Below are positions 12,101 through 24,970 of a stretch of 64,000 nt of DNA, piece after piece. Under the pieces are notes generated by a model. The model made no database searches, was not told the origin of the DNA, and worked only from the letters and a program-made list of their open reading frames with translations. The DNA lies in assembly GCA_973895155.1 (NCBI GenBank), contig OZ316896.1:4068738-4132737 (forward strand), read 5' to 3'. The DNA is from Marsupella aquatica. Its lineage: Eukaryota; Plantae; Marchantiophyta. Numbering within the stretch: position 1 is the stretch's first letter; every line of letters starts with the position of its first letter. The position numbers were made by a program, and so were the translations under genes.

Positions 12101-14194
12101 TTAAGTTGTGATGCATTCATCTAATTCTCAACAAGAAACTTTCCGAATTCGAAAGGTATAGCCTTGATAGCTATGGGTAGCTCTCAGACCAGTTCTACAC
12201 AACCAGGTCTTGAGAGTGCGCCGATGATGCTTTCGCCAAACTGTCATCAACCGCCTTTGAACGAAAGAAAATGTGAACACTGATGGGCTCCTACCGTTTC
12301 TCTTCACTCAACTGATACTGGAACGTACCTTGCACTGCGAGATGACAGTGACGGTTAGGTGACTAACACTGGAACCAACTCAATCTCTGTGGGGCAATGA
12401 AGAATCCCGCGCCACCGGTCATGTGTTACTCAAGTCATTGAGGCTCATGGAAGGCATATATTTAGGTTGGCTACTAACAAACCTGCTAGAAACCTCAGGT
12501 TCTGGTTCACTGGCCATCTCTGCCATTATCTCAGATATCGAGGTGGCCTTACACAGACACACACAAGACATACACAGACTTTTAATTTTTGTTTCCCTCT
12601 TTCAAGAAAATACACAGGCATTTGGGTGATGTAGTATGGATTGAAGGAAGGCCACTACAAAAAATGGGGTAAAATCCTTGGAAGTCCTCGACAGAACACG
12701 ATTTCGAGCTCTGTGATATTATTCACGATAAGTGCAGCTTATGTTAAACTCCAAAGCTTGATCATGCACAGCAGTTCCTGACGAGAAGCTGACAACAGGA
12801 CGCCAAGAGAACATACTGCAGAACGTACTTATGACAGTAGTCCTCTGGACGTGTCACTGTCAGGGACATTCGCTGTGACCTGCGTCTTGATGGCTCTAAC
12901 TAAAGTATGTACGCCGAGCCAGCCATGAGACAGGTAGAGTCTGCATTGTAATTTGCCACCGTCCAGACTTGCTCACAAGCCGTGGTAAGGAAATCTGTAC
13001 CTCGGTCGGTGGGAGCAAAGTGCCTATACGTATCTCATTGGTTTCTAATTGTGGTGAGAGGATAGTGGTGGAGCAACGAGAGCACTCAAATCTGTTCTGT
13101 TCTTTTTGACAAGAAATAGCATACTTTATTAAAGACTCTTCAAAGTGGTGGACTGCCTTGGGTCAACCTGAAGGGGAATAGGGCTCAATTTCTTGGAGGG
13201 CCCGCTGAGATAGGAATCACGTTGTCACCAACAGAATCGTTTACGTAAATCTGTCGAGATTTATAGTTGGAATGGCTGTCCTAATTGAGAGACAACTGAG
13301 TTTCAGCTACTTCAGGGAATTCCTGACAGGTTACTACAAAGACAACGCGTTGCTCGTCAAATCGTAGTAAGCAAGAGAGGTCTCGCGAGTGAAAGTAGTA
13401 CATCACCGGGAAGCAAGGTCAATCTCATCAATGGGTTCATTGACGTCTGTGACGGACACTTGACGAGTGACAAGAGGTCCCAAGTCTCGAAGATCCTTGG
13501 CAGTCAGAACGTTTTGATAGGTGCTGGACACGAAATGTACACCTTATGGATCGCCCTCAAGATTTCACAACGTTCTGTTAAGTGCTGGACACGAAATTCG
13601 TACGTCATCTGGAGCCCTGCACCTCCTTACAAGATTAAAGGGAACTCTTGGAGATTCTACCCCTTCAGGAATTGACGGTTCGTGTCCTCGTCCAATTCTC
13701 CCGATCCTTTTCGGTTCTTTTAAGCCAGCAGACAGAAGGTGGGTGGCATCATTGTGAGGTGAAATCCCTTTTTCAAGTGAGACTGTCAGGACACCAGAAC
13801 TGGCTCCTCTTGCTTTTCTACCTTCAACATGATGTCCAATTAGAGTAAGTTGAGACCGAAATGTACAGCACAAAGCAATGGAAACCAGAACCAGTTGGAA
13901 TTTTGCTGAACCCGAGACCAAGCGTTTCTGCACTAAACTACCAATAAGTGTACCACACGGTCGGGGTAGGAGCGGACCAGATGCAAACTTCACACCTGCT
14001 CATGAGTTATGAAATAAAGGACTATGAGGGGACCCTTACTGGGGATGTTGAGTCTAAACAATGAACCTCATGGATGATGTCCAATTCCTCCGGTGGCTCA
14101 TCAAATCCCACACGTAATGTTCGATCAAATAGAATTGATAGAGCAGTAGTGTCCCATTCCATTTGAGGTTTCAGCATATTGGTAAGTAAACAGT

Positions 14195-17106
14195 TCAAAA
14201 AATGTCATCAGCTAAGAGGTCCTCAAGATCCTCACTGAAGTCCCAACCGGCTGCCTTGGCTTTAGCGTCTTGACTGGCTCTGACATCCCTAAAGAATTCG
14301 CTCGGTGGATCGTTTGGGTCGCCCAAATTAGCAGTTACTGCACGCTTCCTCGAATCTATGGCATCTTGCAGCGGTAGACTGTTCCTGATTCTGGTGTCTG
14401 ATCCTATAGTTTCCTTTTCTCGGATACTCTCGTCGTTATGCAGTGTAGGAATCAAATCTGTCACTCCCTCTCTATCTGACTGGCAAAAGTTAGGTGCAAT
14501 GGTTTCAGACTGGTATCCTTCTTTAGCTGCCGTCTGTATCTGTAATGTATCGTTCAATCCTGCCTTCGGCAAGGGGTGATCCCTTCCAGGAACGCCTGCA
14601 TCAGAAAAAAATCAAACGTTAGTTACGTGCATTCCAGCTGATGTGCTGATAAGATTATTGGTGTAAACTCAAAATAGTCGAGATGAGAAATTAGCTTGAG
14701 CACTTTGAGCCTTCGAGAAAGAGAAATGAGACATACCTAACTCGTCCGCGTCGTTGATGGCTTTTCTTCTTCTCTTTGGAGCAATGGTGTCCTTCCCCAA
14801 AATCTATATAAGTCAGAACCCAGGGATAAAGAAACACAGTTAAGAAGTAGGAATTTAACAGAACGCCTGGAAGAACATTGCTCTTTCCTTAACTTTTAAT
14901 TGATAATAGTATGATAAATTCTTGAAGACATACGAGGGGAAAGAGTGACGCACTCGATCCACATTTCTGACGGTGATGTTGAGATAGTGCTTAAAAGGAG
15001 TGGGACTGAAGACAGCGACCTGCATCACCAAGGTGTCAGTTTATGGTTTTCTAGTGCTGTATCGTATGGCATCAAGCATGACCATCAACAAAAGAGACAC
15101 AATTCCATTGTTGTTTTTCTAATAGGGGCATGAATCCGTGAGCACTCCGAAAGCGGGATCAAACCTTTCGAATGATGATAACAGCTCCAGGGCTAATTAA
15201 ATCACCATCCTCGACATCAGTCAAGACTTTCCTGTGTATTGTCCCGCCTATAGTGCCAGTTGGGTCCTGCAATACAGAGCATCTAAAATCTGTGAGACTT
15301 GGTCCTACCAAGGAGCCTTGGAAGATTCGAAGGGAGCATGCTTTGGACTATTTGTGACCAGTTTTTCAGGTGAACTGAAAACGTTGTCTGGAAATTTTGC
15401 TTTGACAGAATGGGAGCAACACCAATCAGGCCCACCGTGACGGAAGCCGCACCTAGTGAAATAACCGCCCAAATGTGAGGCACGTGAACAAAGGAACCTC
15501 AAGACGCTGGAACATCAATATCAACTACTTGTTCACACTTTGCCGAGAAGAGAAAATGTTACCTTGAGCGTCACGGACAAATCTCCTAATCCGTTCCGCA
15601 CAGCCGTGTTGATGATTACTGCAAGCTGAAACACCACATCCACAATCCCAGAGCTTTTCAAAAGTCAGATAATTGGAATGACCGGACGATAGATGAAAGT
15701 CGAGAATCGCATTCTAAGCCGCTTTACTCGCGTTCTCCAACTATTGATTGGCAAATCAAGAAAAGAATGAATGGGACAACTGGTATCCTGATCTGCTTGC
15801 ATATCAGAATTCACATCAGACTTAATAACATGACCAACTTAATATCAGGTAGGAATCCTAGTTCTGCACCTGAGGGATATGGTGCTTGGTGGATTTGACG
15901 GTGGCAATTGTTGATCTTGAAGAATGATTTCCTGGCATGAAACTAATATAAGATAGGATACTAAACCCACTAGTGATCATTCACAGGGTGAAGGTTGAAC
16001 GATGACCTTCGAAACACTTAAAAGAAACTTTCAAGAGGCCCTTGTGATGAAAGGGATGATGTCATACTCTAGTGTGACTCACCAAACGTGGTATCACCAT
16101 CATTCAGAAAATCCATGGCAGCAAGCCAGGGACCTTCCCTGAAATCCAGAGTATCAGCAGCTGGAACAGGCATGTGAGACAGCCGGCCTGGACCACAATA
16201 CTTCTCAACATGCGTGAGACCCTTAGCCCTATGGCCGGTGCTGTTTAAACAACTCTGTAGTGCACCGGCTGGACCAGGAATTTTGTATCCCAGCACTGTG
16301 ACAGGCGGAGAAATTTCCCTCTCCAGTGGACAATCGCGTTCCGGATGAGCGAGCTCTACGCGCGAGATGTGACATCCCTCTCCATCTTCGGCTGCTTCCT
16401 GAGCTAGAGGACGCTCCGGGGAAGACAATAATGGGGAAGCTTGCAAGCTTCTTCCATCTCCTGGAATTCCTCCTTGACTGCAGTCCATTGCTCGTTTGGC
16501 AAAATCATCGACAACTATTGGGTCATCCCATCCAGTCCCCGCATTCCCGTCTTGTCGAATTCTCTTACTGGCCCTCCCTCTGGTCTCTTCTGAACGTCCA
16601 TAACCTTCTCCTATCGATGCTCTCCTGTCTCTTCTCCCACCTGATGGCACTCTCACGTCCTGTTCTCCGTCTTGATCATTGAGGTCTTCCTCATCGCTAC
16701 GGTCCGCATAATCAGATCTCTTGTCATGAAAATTGCTAGTCTCTTCACTAAAGTCTTGTTCGTTTGGTTCCTCCAATGAATACTGCGAAATCTCATGTCC
16801 TCCCCCCACATTCCACGAAGATGCCCCTGGATGGCTTGTCCCTTCGTCTCCTTCTTTGGAGGATTTGTCACCATCTTCTGTGGCTTGCTCCTCATCAGCT
16901 TGGAGCTGTTCGGGGGAATTGCGAGGACTGACAGCATCTGAATCCGTGGGGGTTAACTCAGTACGTTCAGCAGCACTCGCTGAAGTAGGAGTGTTAGAAG
17001 GAGGTTGTTGTTTCCTGCCTGTATGTGAAGCAAGAATCGGGTCCGAATTATCGAATTCAAGGAGCTGCTCCAAATCGTCGTCGGCTGTATCCCAATCTGT
17101 CCCCAT
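14195..17106 (-). CDS. HROB: HROB/MCM8IP (C17orf53)-like homologous-recombination OB-fold protein, 7 coding exons, 594 aa
   Basis: Exons 17106-16083, 15931-15870, 15625-15563, 15266-15165, 15019-14954, 14803-14737, 14595-14195 (1785 nt, all GT-AG, in phase). Motifs: KIPGPAG, DFREGPWLAAMDFL, NGLGDLSVTLKDPTGTIGGTIHRKVL, PGAVIIIRKVAVFSP..KHYLNITVRNV. Long acidic disordered N-terminus and acidic C-terminal tail. Confidence 0.88.
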
Positions 17107-17989
17107 GTTGGTCAGTCTGCATAGCCTGTATCAATAGGTACCTGTCTTGACGACAAGATTAAATTTTGACCCATTAAAATTGACCCAGTCGTGATTATGA
17201 AAGCGCTCAACAGAAGTTCAACGTAGTGCTAGCAAACCAAAAATCACCGGCTCCGCGAAGTTTAATTCACAAGAAACTCTCTTGAGCTGAAGACTGCTAT
17301 ATCATTCAGTCCTTCGGGGTTGATTTAGCGTCGCACCAGACTAGACCCCACAACAAAACAAACTTCAGAAGCAACTCAAAGAGAGAAACCGGAACATTTC
17401 CAATCACACTGTGAAAGCATCTCTGTGAGACGGACTACATCACACCCGAGTCTTGATCACTGCAATCCAACCCTGTAAGGTATGTTGCGATCCTGAATTC
17501 TTCTTCCGAAAGCTGAACCCTACATCAGCTACCGTACCTTAGCGTTCGTGAATTCTCTCCCCCCCCTGACTGCTTCAGTGGTCGCTTCACCAGTGTGTGA
17601 CGTGCAGCATCCGTCCAATATGCGGCCACATCAGAAACAAAATCGAGAAAATTCGGAATCCATTATACGATCTGGCGTGGAAAGAACTTCATAATACTGC
17701 AGCGAAGCAAGGCATGACATGACAAGTATTAACATTTTGGTCCTCATCAAGTTCAGAATGACATCCAGCAAATGAAAAGGAATCCGCTTCTCTATCTGAC
17801 TAGAAAGACTGGTTCTGAAAGAAACTAGATCAGCAACTCAACATCTGCCACACAACCAATCCTTTGGGCTGAGAAAGATCAATAACTCTGTGCTTTGCAC
17901 AACTTGCCAGTCTCTTTCTCTTGATAAGTAACGTGACTTCTTCTTCTTGAGCCACCTTCCCTTTTCCACAAGAAGAACAGAACCGGACA

Positions 17990-18765
17990 CTGTGGTACTC
18001 TCCTCGATCACGTCAGCCGGGAAAACAGAGGAAATAACAGAATTGGAGGAAACAGTCCTTTGCCTCCGAAAAGTCAAACGCAATGAGAATGAATTTGTTT
18101 AAAAAACTTTGGCGATCCCTCCTCTAGATATCGTTCCAGAATAAATGTAAGTGAGTCAGCGTTGTCTATTCTCCCGATTCATACTCTCTGTTTTCTCTTC
18201 CTTCCCGAGCTGGGCCACTTTCCGTTTGCCAAACGGAGACCAGAAACCTCCTCTCGATTGGACTCTGGTACTCTCCCTTGATCAAGTCACGGAAACCAGA
18301 GGAAATGAGAGAATTGGAGGAAAAGAATAAAGAGAAATGGATGCTGAGCGAGATGAAAATGCACTCTCTTAGCGAAGGCAACTGCAATGACCATGATTTT
18401 TTCTTTCAAAACTTGACGATCCCTCCCCTACCAAAAACATTGTTCCAGAACCAACGTGACTGAGGGAGCGAATGTCTAAACCTCCGATTCATTCTCGATG
18501 TCCTCACTGCCTTTCCTTCCTCAGCTGGGCCACTTTCCGTTCTCCAAACGAAGATCAGAAACCTCCTCTCGATTTGGGTCTGGTACTCTCCCTCGATCAA
18601 GTCACTGAAACCAGAAAAAATGAGAGAAATGGAGTAGAAGAGTAGAGAAATTGCTGTTGGGCGAGATGAAAATCCTTCACACAAATGCAATGACCATGAT
18701 TTTTCTTTCGAAGAAGTTTGACGATTCCTCTTCTAAGGATCGTTCCAGAATAAACGGAACTGAGG
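17990..18765. repeat. Diverged ~300-bp tandem repeats (about 3 units) upstream of the HROB coding start
   Basis: GTTCCAGAA recurs at ~18134, ~18443 and ~18742. CTGGGCCACTTTCCGTT and CAGAAACCTCCTCTCGATT occur twice, ~315 bp apart. Confidence 0.8.
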
Positions 18766-18838
18766 GCAGAGAACAGAGTGAGGAGAGAACGAGAAAGACA
18801 GACAAAATTGGATAATTTGAAAACCCTGATTGCCCATA

Positions 18839-18850
18839 TTTGGCGGGAGA
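18839..18850 (-). promoter_or_regulatory. E2F-binding site (TCTCCCGCCAAA) in the putative HROB promoter
   Basis: Matches plant E2F consensus TYTCCCGCC / WTTSSCSS. A telo-box-like AACCCTAA lies ~35 bp away, next to a CT-rich minus-strand leader-like tract. Confidence 0.55.
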
Positions 18851-20119
18851 GGTAACGAGAGTTGAGGGTGAGGGGAGGTTAGGGTTCCATACTGTTCCCT
18901 TCCCTTTGCATAATTGGAAAGAGAAGGCTATCACAACACCAGTCATTGTGAAAATAAAGAAAAAAAACCATTCTCACTTGTTGTTGCTCTTTTGTGCCAT
19001 GACATCTTTTACTCAAGTACATTTTTTTGGTAATGAGATCTTTTTGACAAACAAAATCTTTTGTACCATGATATTTTTCTCACCTACATCTTTAGCACAA
19101 CATCAGTCAAATTTGCAAGAAATGGATTTGCCGTCCACTATTTGTCCACTCTTGAGTTCGAAGTAACTATTTGTCCACTCTTGAGTTCAAAGTAACACTA
19201 ACTCATGCGCACAAAAGTAGTGTTGTACCAACATCAGTGCAAATAACACTAATTCACAAGTAGAGCCCAAAGTTCTCTATGTATTGTGAGAGGAACACTA
19301 ACTGCTGTGAAGATTGTAGGTTTTCAGTCTTCCATTAGGTTTCTGGCTTCCATTAGCCATTTCCCACCTAGTCACATACCCCATTAGCAAGAATCTAAGT
19401 GTCATCCTCAAATATGGGAAGATCTGACCTTCATAAAGTAGTCCAGTTTCATATTTCACCATAATCAGACCCAATTAGCCTCTGAGTTTCATAAAGTAAT
19501 CCAATTTTGCAGACCCAATTAGCCAGTCACCCTTGAATCTAGAGAGATCTGAGGATGACTCTATGGAGATCTGATTCACAGAAAGTAGTCCAACGACTCA
19601 TCTAGCCACAGACCCAATTAGGCAGAAATTTCAAGGTCATCTTTAAAACGGTTATAATGAGATGTACAGTAGTAAAATTAGAAAAAGAACATTCCTAGCA
19701 TCTTCCTCTTCATGCCAGAAGGTGACCATCGCCACACTGGCGAAAAAGGAAAAAAAAGAGGCTGGTTCCTAATCCTTGAGCTCTGTCCACAGCCACCGGA
19801 TGATGGGGAAGGGATTTGGCCCATGGTTACAATACATGTGCTCTTGAAAGTGAGCTCTCTGGTGTTCTGTTCCCACTTCTACTCTCTGCTCTTCTTACCA
19901 TCTCTCATTTCCAGCAACGACAGAGGATATAAGCGGAACTTTTATTGTGTTCCTAGTTTTTCAGAGTCTCTGAGAACTTTGAAGAGAAGACAAGGTGACA
20001 AGTCTCGTCGATGAAGTCTCGTTATCTAGAAGAATCTGTTGTGGATAGAATGTTTGCTGCCGAGGCCATGGATGTTTGCTGCTCGTACCGTACTCTCCTG
20101 GGGGCTTCATGAGTTGTTT

Positions 20120-23100
20120 GTCTAGTTTTTCAGCTGGGCTGAGGTCTGACTCTGGGTTGTGAATTCAGGTGCAGAGCTGTTCGCCTGCCTAGGGCCCTTT
20201 GGAATCCCAGTGTTTGCTTCATAGATGCAGTGTCTCAGATTGAATCTCGGTGGGTCTCTCCTTATAAACCCTGACAAGGGTTTACCTCTACATTTGTGTG
20301 TTTTAGCTTTGGTCCATCCTGAAAATTTAGACAGACTGAGAATATCGAGGCCTTTGATGAGTGCACAGAAGTAAGCTGAGGCTACGATCTCTCCACAGGA
20401 AGAGCAGGGCACAGAACAAGTATGTTTCGTGTTTGGCGGTGCGGTAGCGGGACCCTTATTCTCTCTCACTCCCGCTTTGGGAGTGCTCGTTTGATTTTTT
20501 CAATTCATTTATAACAGGTTTAAGTATTTTGTTAAAGCTCCGCGCAGCAATCTCAGCTCTCCGAAGTCTCTGTCTCGTACAATTCGTTCGCAACTATGTC
20601 GAATAAGCATTTTCTCCAGCTACGCAAAGAGATCTTTGCTTTACAGACAGCGTGTGCACGGGCTTTTCGAGCATTCACTGATCTTCGAATTTGACGTCTG
20701 AATTGGTGCTAAATGTTTCTGCAATGATGATGGCTCTTGCAGTGCACTTGAACGTCCACAGGGCAATGGGGACTCCCGGTTATCGCGGTCAAACAACCAA
20801 CTGAATTTTTGTTCAGAATCTGCAGAAACTCTCCCGGTTTCTTCCCCTGTCCTGCGATTTCTCCCTGCGGACAAGGGCCCTGCGGACGAGGACAAAGAAC
20901 AATTTTGTTCCAGTGAGTCCTCACTGCGCTTGGGAATTGGTCCATCCATGATACTACTTAGTCCTTCTGCCCCAATTCTGGCTGGGGCCCAATTGCAGGG
21001 GTGCCATACCGTGGCCCATGGTGTGACACTTTCAAGGAGCCTGGAATTCTTAGGTGGCTCTTCTTCTTCGAGCCTGTTCATGAGAAGAGTCGGTCAGCCA
21101 GCGCCTGGATGGGGCAGAACTGGTATGTTTCTAAGCTGGAGTTGGGGACCATAAAACTTTTATTTGATTAAATTTATCCACGCATTTGTCGCGAAACAAA
21201 ATATTCTCGTGACTTCTGATGAGTTTGACACCGTATCTCCACATTCTCTGAGCAACGAAGGATGGGCATTCTTTTAGCGTAGCAAGGCTGAGCAAGTCGA
21301 TTTCTTTGAGCTGCTCGTTAAATATTGGTGCAGCTTCGCTGAAGGGTTTTGCATTGCTTTCTAGAATCTTAGTGAATAAAGTGTCTTCCCTCAGTTCTGA
21401 TTTTGTGTCACTTGTAGAAATTCCCAGCTCACCGAATAAGGCATCGAAAAATAGTCTGGAAACAATCAAATTGAACTCTCAAAATGATGTCATTTGACTC
21501 TTTTGTTCGTCATTGAACTATGTTCCAGCTCGTGATAGAACCTGCAGTATGCCCGCCGCCAAGGCAATTGGGGATCCGAGCCAGAGCACCTTTTTGTCGC
21601 TAGAAGAGGCTGGATTGATTGAGATGACCAATCTTGACATGCACGAGAAATTTCTGGCTCGCCTGACGGTATGCTCCTGTCTTTTCTCTTTCACATGGAG
21701 TTCAACATTTTCTCAATTGTACTTTTTGGTAGATATGGTTCGTCCAATATTTGGAGTCATCACTGTCGGTCGGTTCTGTCTGTCTGTCGGTCGGTCTGGA
21801 TCTTTAAGAATATAGTCATTCTCTTTTCCTCCAGACCAAGAGCGAGACTGCCACCTCCCTTTGTTCCGCCAAAACCCTGTTTTTTCTTTCAGTTCCACAG
21901 GTAAAACTAGTGTTGGGGGTCAATTGAATTCCTTTTCCCGATTTTCTGAGAAAGAGAAGCACACATGACCCCAGCAGGATCTGAATACCGATGTCTCTAC
22001 TTGGAATACTGTTTTCTAATGTGTTCAGCAGGCTAGCCACAATATACTCATCTGTTCTCAAATTCTGTAGAGTACCTCGACGAAATATTCACATACGGTC
22101 TCATGAAGTAATCGAGAAAGAAAGTAAAGAACAGTACAGTAAAAAAATACATGTGAAGTGTCTATCAGAGAGACAAAATGATGCCAGACACGGTGAAGAC
22201 GGCCGACCCGTAGAATCGATCAAAACCCAAATCCCTTAGGAACTTTAAGCTGAAATTTTGTTTGAGATCGGATGGTTGGAGAGAAGCAGTCACTACCACA
22301 AACCGCATCTATTTTTTTCTACATGTAAAGTCAGCCAAACAGAGATTTTTGGGTTTGTGTGCGCCTGCAAACTTCCTTATAGTTTGAAATTCTAGATTGT
22401 CGTTTTGTACAATGCCGCAGTTCTGAGGTATGTATGTGTTCGATCTCAGGTGTCGTCTTTGAACCTGTTGAAAGAAGTTTCAGAGCAAGAGGGTATCCCA
22501 ATCGAAGAACTGAATGCTGGAATGCTATGTGACTGGTTTGTACGAGACAAGGCAAAGAGAGAAAAGAACGTTGATGAAGCAACTCTTAAGTGGAATAGTC
22601 CTGAGTGGTGATGACCTGCATGGTCTGGTACATCTTTAGTGCAACAGTGCTTCGCGCAGATTTGAGCAACAAATTTTGTTCTTTTTTGGAACTGTCTCAA
22701 ACCAAAGTGATGGCCAGAATGCGGAATTTATCAAAATTTTCTGTGGTCGTTATACAAAAGAAAGGACGTGTTGTGGGTAACGATATCTCAGATCAGTGGT
22801 CAACATCATCCGGGTTCTGGTCTCGCATCAAGAGTGGACGGTTTTGAGCAAGAGATGGATAGGACTTCAGTAAGAGCATATATTCAAAAGGCAGCTCTTA
22901 ATCACTTGTGGGGCGTCTTGTTTTGTGTTTTGGGTATTTATTAATTTCGTTCTCACCCCTGATATCAACTAATCAGATTGGAGCTCAGGCAAAGAGTTAT
23001 TGAAGATTTCCTAATCAATATTTCACCCGAGGGACACATTGAAGTCCTGGAAAGATGACAGAGTTGAGTCCTGTAACGTCCAAGGAAGTGAAACGCCCCT

Positions 23101-23350
23101 GAAGAAGCAGCACGGAATTGTGTTGATACGTGACTTCACCTCGGGGCTTGTCAAATCAAAGGTTGTCGCTATAGTTGTAGTCTGCGTGCAGAGGAAAATC
23201 ACTTTTTCTTGGGGGATTCGAAGAAGTCCGAGTAAAAAACGCTGATAAAAACCATCATCCAATTTTATGATGGATACTGGATTCCAGTCATTTTGCCATT
23301 CTATCTGTTCACTGTAAATCAATGCCATCTGTTCACCGTAAATCAATCAA
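20120..23350 (-). pseudogene. Long decayed intron-less coding remnant of unknown origin
   Basis: Chain of protein-like minus-strand frames (23023-23346, 21816-22061, 21713-21898, 21131-21469, 20641-21081, 20122-20469) broken by stops and frameshifts; no family recognised. Confidence 0.3.
22405..22611 (+). pseudogene. Isolated C-terminal fragment of a conserved small plant/cyanobacterial protein of unknown function
   Basis: RSQVSSLNLLKEVSEQEGIPIEELNAGMLCDWFVRDKAKREKNVDEATLKW resembles, from memory, a green-lineage family ending IPIE.L....I..WF.KD...R.E......L.W. No upstream exons could be found. Confidence 0.5.
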
Positions 23351-24293
23351 GGACAGTAAATGGAAACCCTGATCTCAACAAAAAATACACAGATGATTTG
23401 GATGGTGGCTGAAAGTTGTACCTGTGCCGTTTGACTCCCTCGTCTCTAGTACGATCCTGGTGCCATCGGCCTTCATCTACAGTGTACAAGAGGGATTAAA
23501 TTGCATTGCATTAAATTCACAACCCGCGGATCCCCCCTCTTGGACAAGACTTTCCGTCTGGGCAAGACTTTATCAGAAACATCCAGACTCCAACGCTACA
23601 TCAGTTGGACCAAAAATGTATATAACATTTATACTTCAAAAAGGTTTCTTTCCTTTCACCCTTTTCCTGCATAATGAGCAGTATGGGTACGATCTTCTAT
23701 CTATTCGTGACATAAAGAAAAGAAATGAAGTCCATGGAAGTTGGCAAACGACTCCTACATGAGGACAGTGGGAAATTTAATACATCAAGAATGTCGAAGC
23801 AGGGACAAAGAACTATAGTTTATTCGCTCCCTTCAGCATCTCGTGAGATGCTAAATACTCCGAATACTCATTGTATTTCTTGTCCCTGAACGAGTGTTTA
23901 GCAATGGATACGGATCTGAATGGAAGAGAACGCAGTACATTCGATACATGACCTGGGTCTTCCAAATTTTACATCCCGGCTACACTTCAATGCTCAAAGA
24001 CGAAATCTGAGTTCACTGTCACAGCCTCAGAGTTCTTTGATCTCAAAGTACTGGTTGAGAAACTTGCGGTTGGGTGTTCACATGGGTGTCGTGCAGTAAG
24101 TCGCAGAGATAAAATGTTATGTAATGTAGATTTTTTCCAGTTTTGGAATAGAAGGATGTCGCTGCCCGAGATTCCCAAGGGAGCAAAACCATGCGCTAGC
24201 ACTCAAATGCTAAACAGCCAATTGGGGTTGAAAGCGCAACAAGTATTTCAATATGAGTACTTGAATAGTAAAACTTCCCTCCGACGACAACAA

Positions 24294-24378
24294 GGGGTGG
24301 TGGCGCAGTTGGTTAGCGCGTAGGTCTCATAGCTACAGAGAAATCCTGAGGTCGAGAGTTCGAGCCTCTCTCACCCCA
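24294..24378 (+). tRNA. tRNA-Met(CAT), elongator type, with 11-nt intron
   Basis: GGGGTGG/TCACCCC acceptor stem, A box TGGCGCAGTTGG, anticodon CAT at 24328-24330, intron GCTACAGAGAA at 24332-24342, B box GAGTTCGAGCC. Upstream CAA motifs and a downstream T-run terminator. Confidence 0.97.
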
Positions 24379-24565
24379 GAAAAGATTTTTTCTTCTTGCG
24401 TTTCCACTATTATTTCTTGGCGGCCTATCACAGTAGTCGAGTGAGTTTAGCAAGGCTACCTTCATTTTGTAGGAAAAAGGAAGGCAAGGGCTTCTCCATA
24501 AATAATTGGACATTGTACTCTATGGGCCTCATAGGTTTGGGAGGTCAACCCCAGCAACATTTTTG

Positions 24566-24970
24566 CTTGTTCACTTTAGTGTACTATTACTAGCCTGAAG
24601 CCCAAGCTTTGTTCAATAAATAGGTGGTGAGTATCAGGTGTCTGCTTGTTCACCTTAGTGTACTATTACTAGCCTGAAGCCCAAGCTTTGTTCAATAAAT
24701 AGTGGTGAGTATCATGTGTCTGCTTGTTCACCTTAGTGTACTATTACTAGCCTGAAAAAACCCAAGCTTTATTCATAAATAGGTGGTGAGCATCATGTGT
24801 CTGTTTCCTGTTCCAAATGTGCCCAAGAGTCACAGTTTAGAGGCTATGCATGTTCATTTTAGTGTACTATTACTAGCCTGAGGCCCAAGCTTTGTTCATA
24901 AATAGGTGGTGAGTATCATGTGTCTGTTTCCGGTTCCAAATGTGCCCAAGAGGCACAGTTTAGAGGCTAT
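24566..24970. repeat. ~79-bp tandem repeat (4 copies) with a nested ~120-bp higher-order duplication
   Basis: TTAGTGTACTATTACTAGCCTGA...CCCAAGCTTT...TAAATAG(G)TGGTGAG occurs four times. GTTCCAAATGTGCCCAAGAG.CACAGTTTAGAGGCTAT occurs twice. Confidence 0.9.

Noticed and set aside
15563-15790. Longer Cys-rich exon with an internal TGA suggesting HROB is a pseudogene
   Set aside because: The conserved sequence (LAVIINTAVRNGLGDLSVTLK) is in another frame using the acceptor at 15626; the gene splices intact.
24294-24378. tRNA-Met as primer for the nearby copia PBS
   Set aside because: PBS TGGTATCAGAGC matches initiator tRNA-Met; this gene is the elongator type ending CACCCCA.
24566-24970. Repeat array resembling CRISPR
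   Set aside because: Units are contiguous with no unique spacers, there are no cas genes, and the context is eukaryotic.
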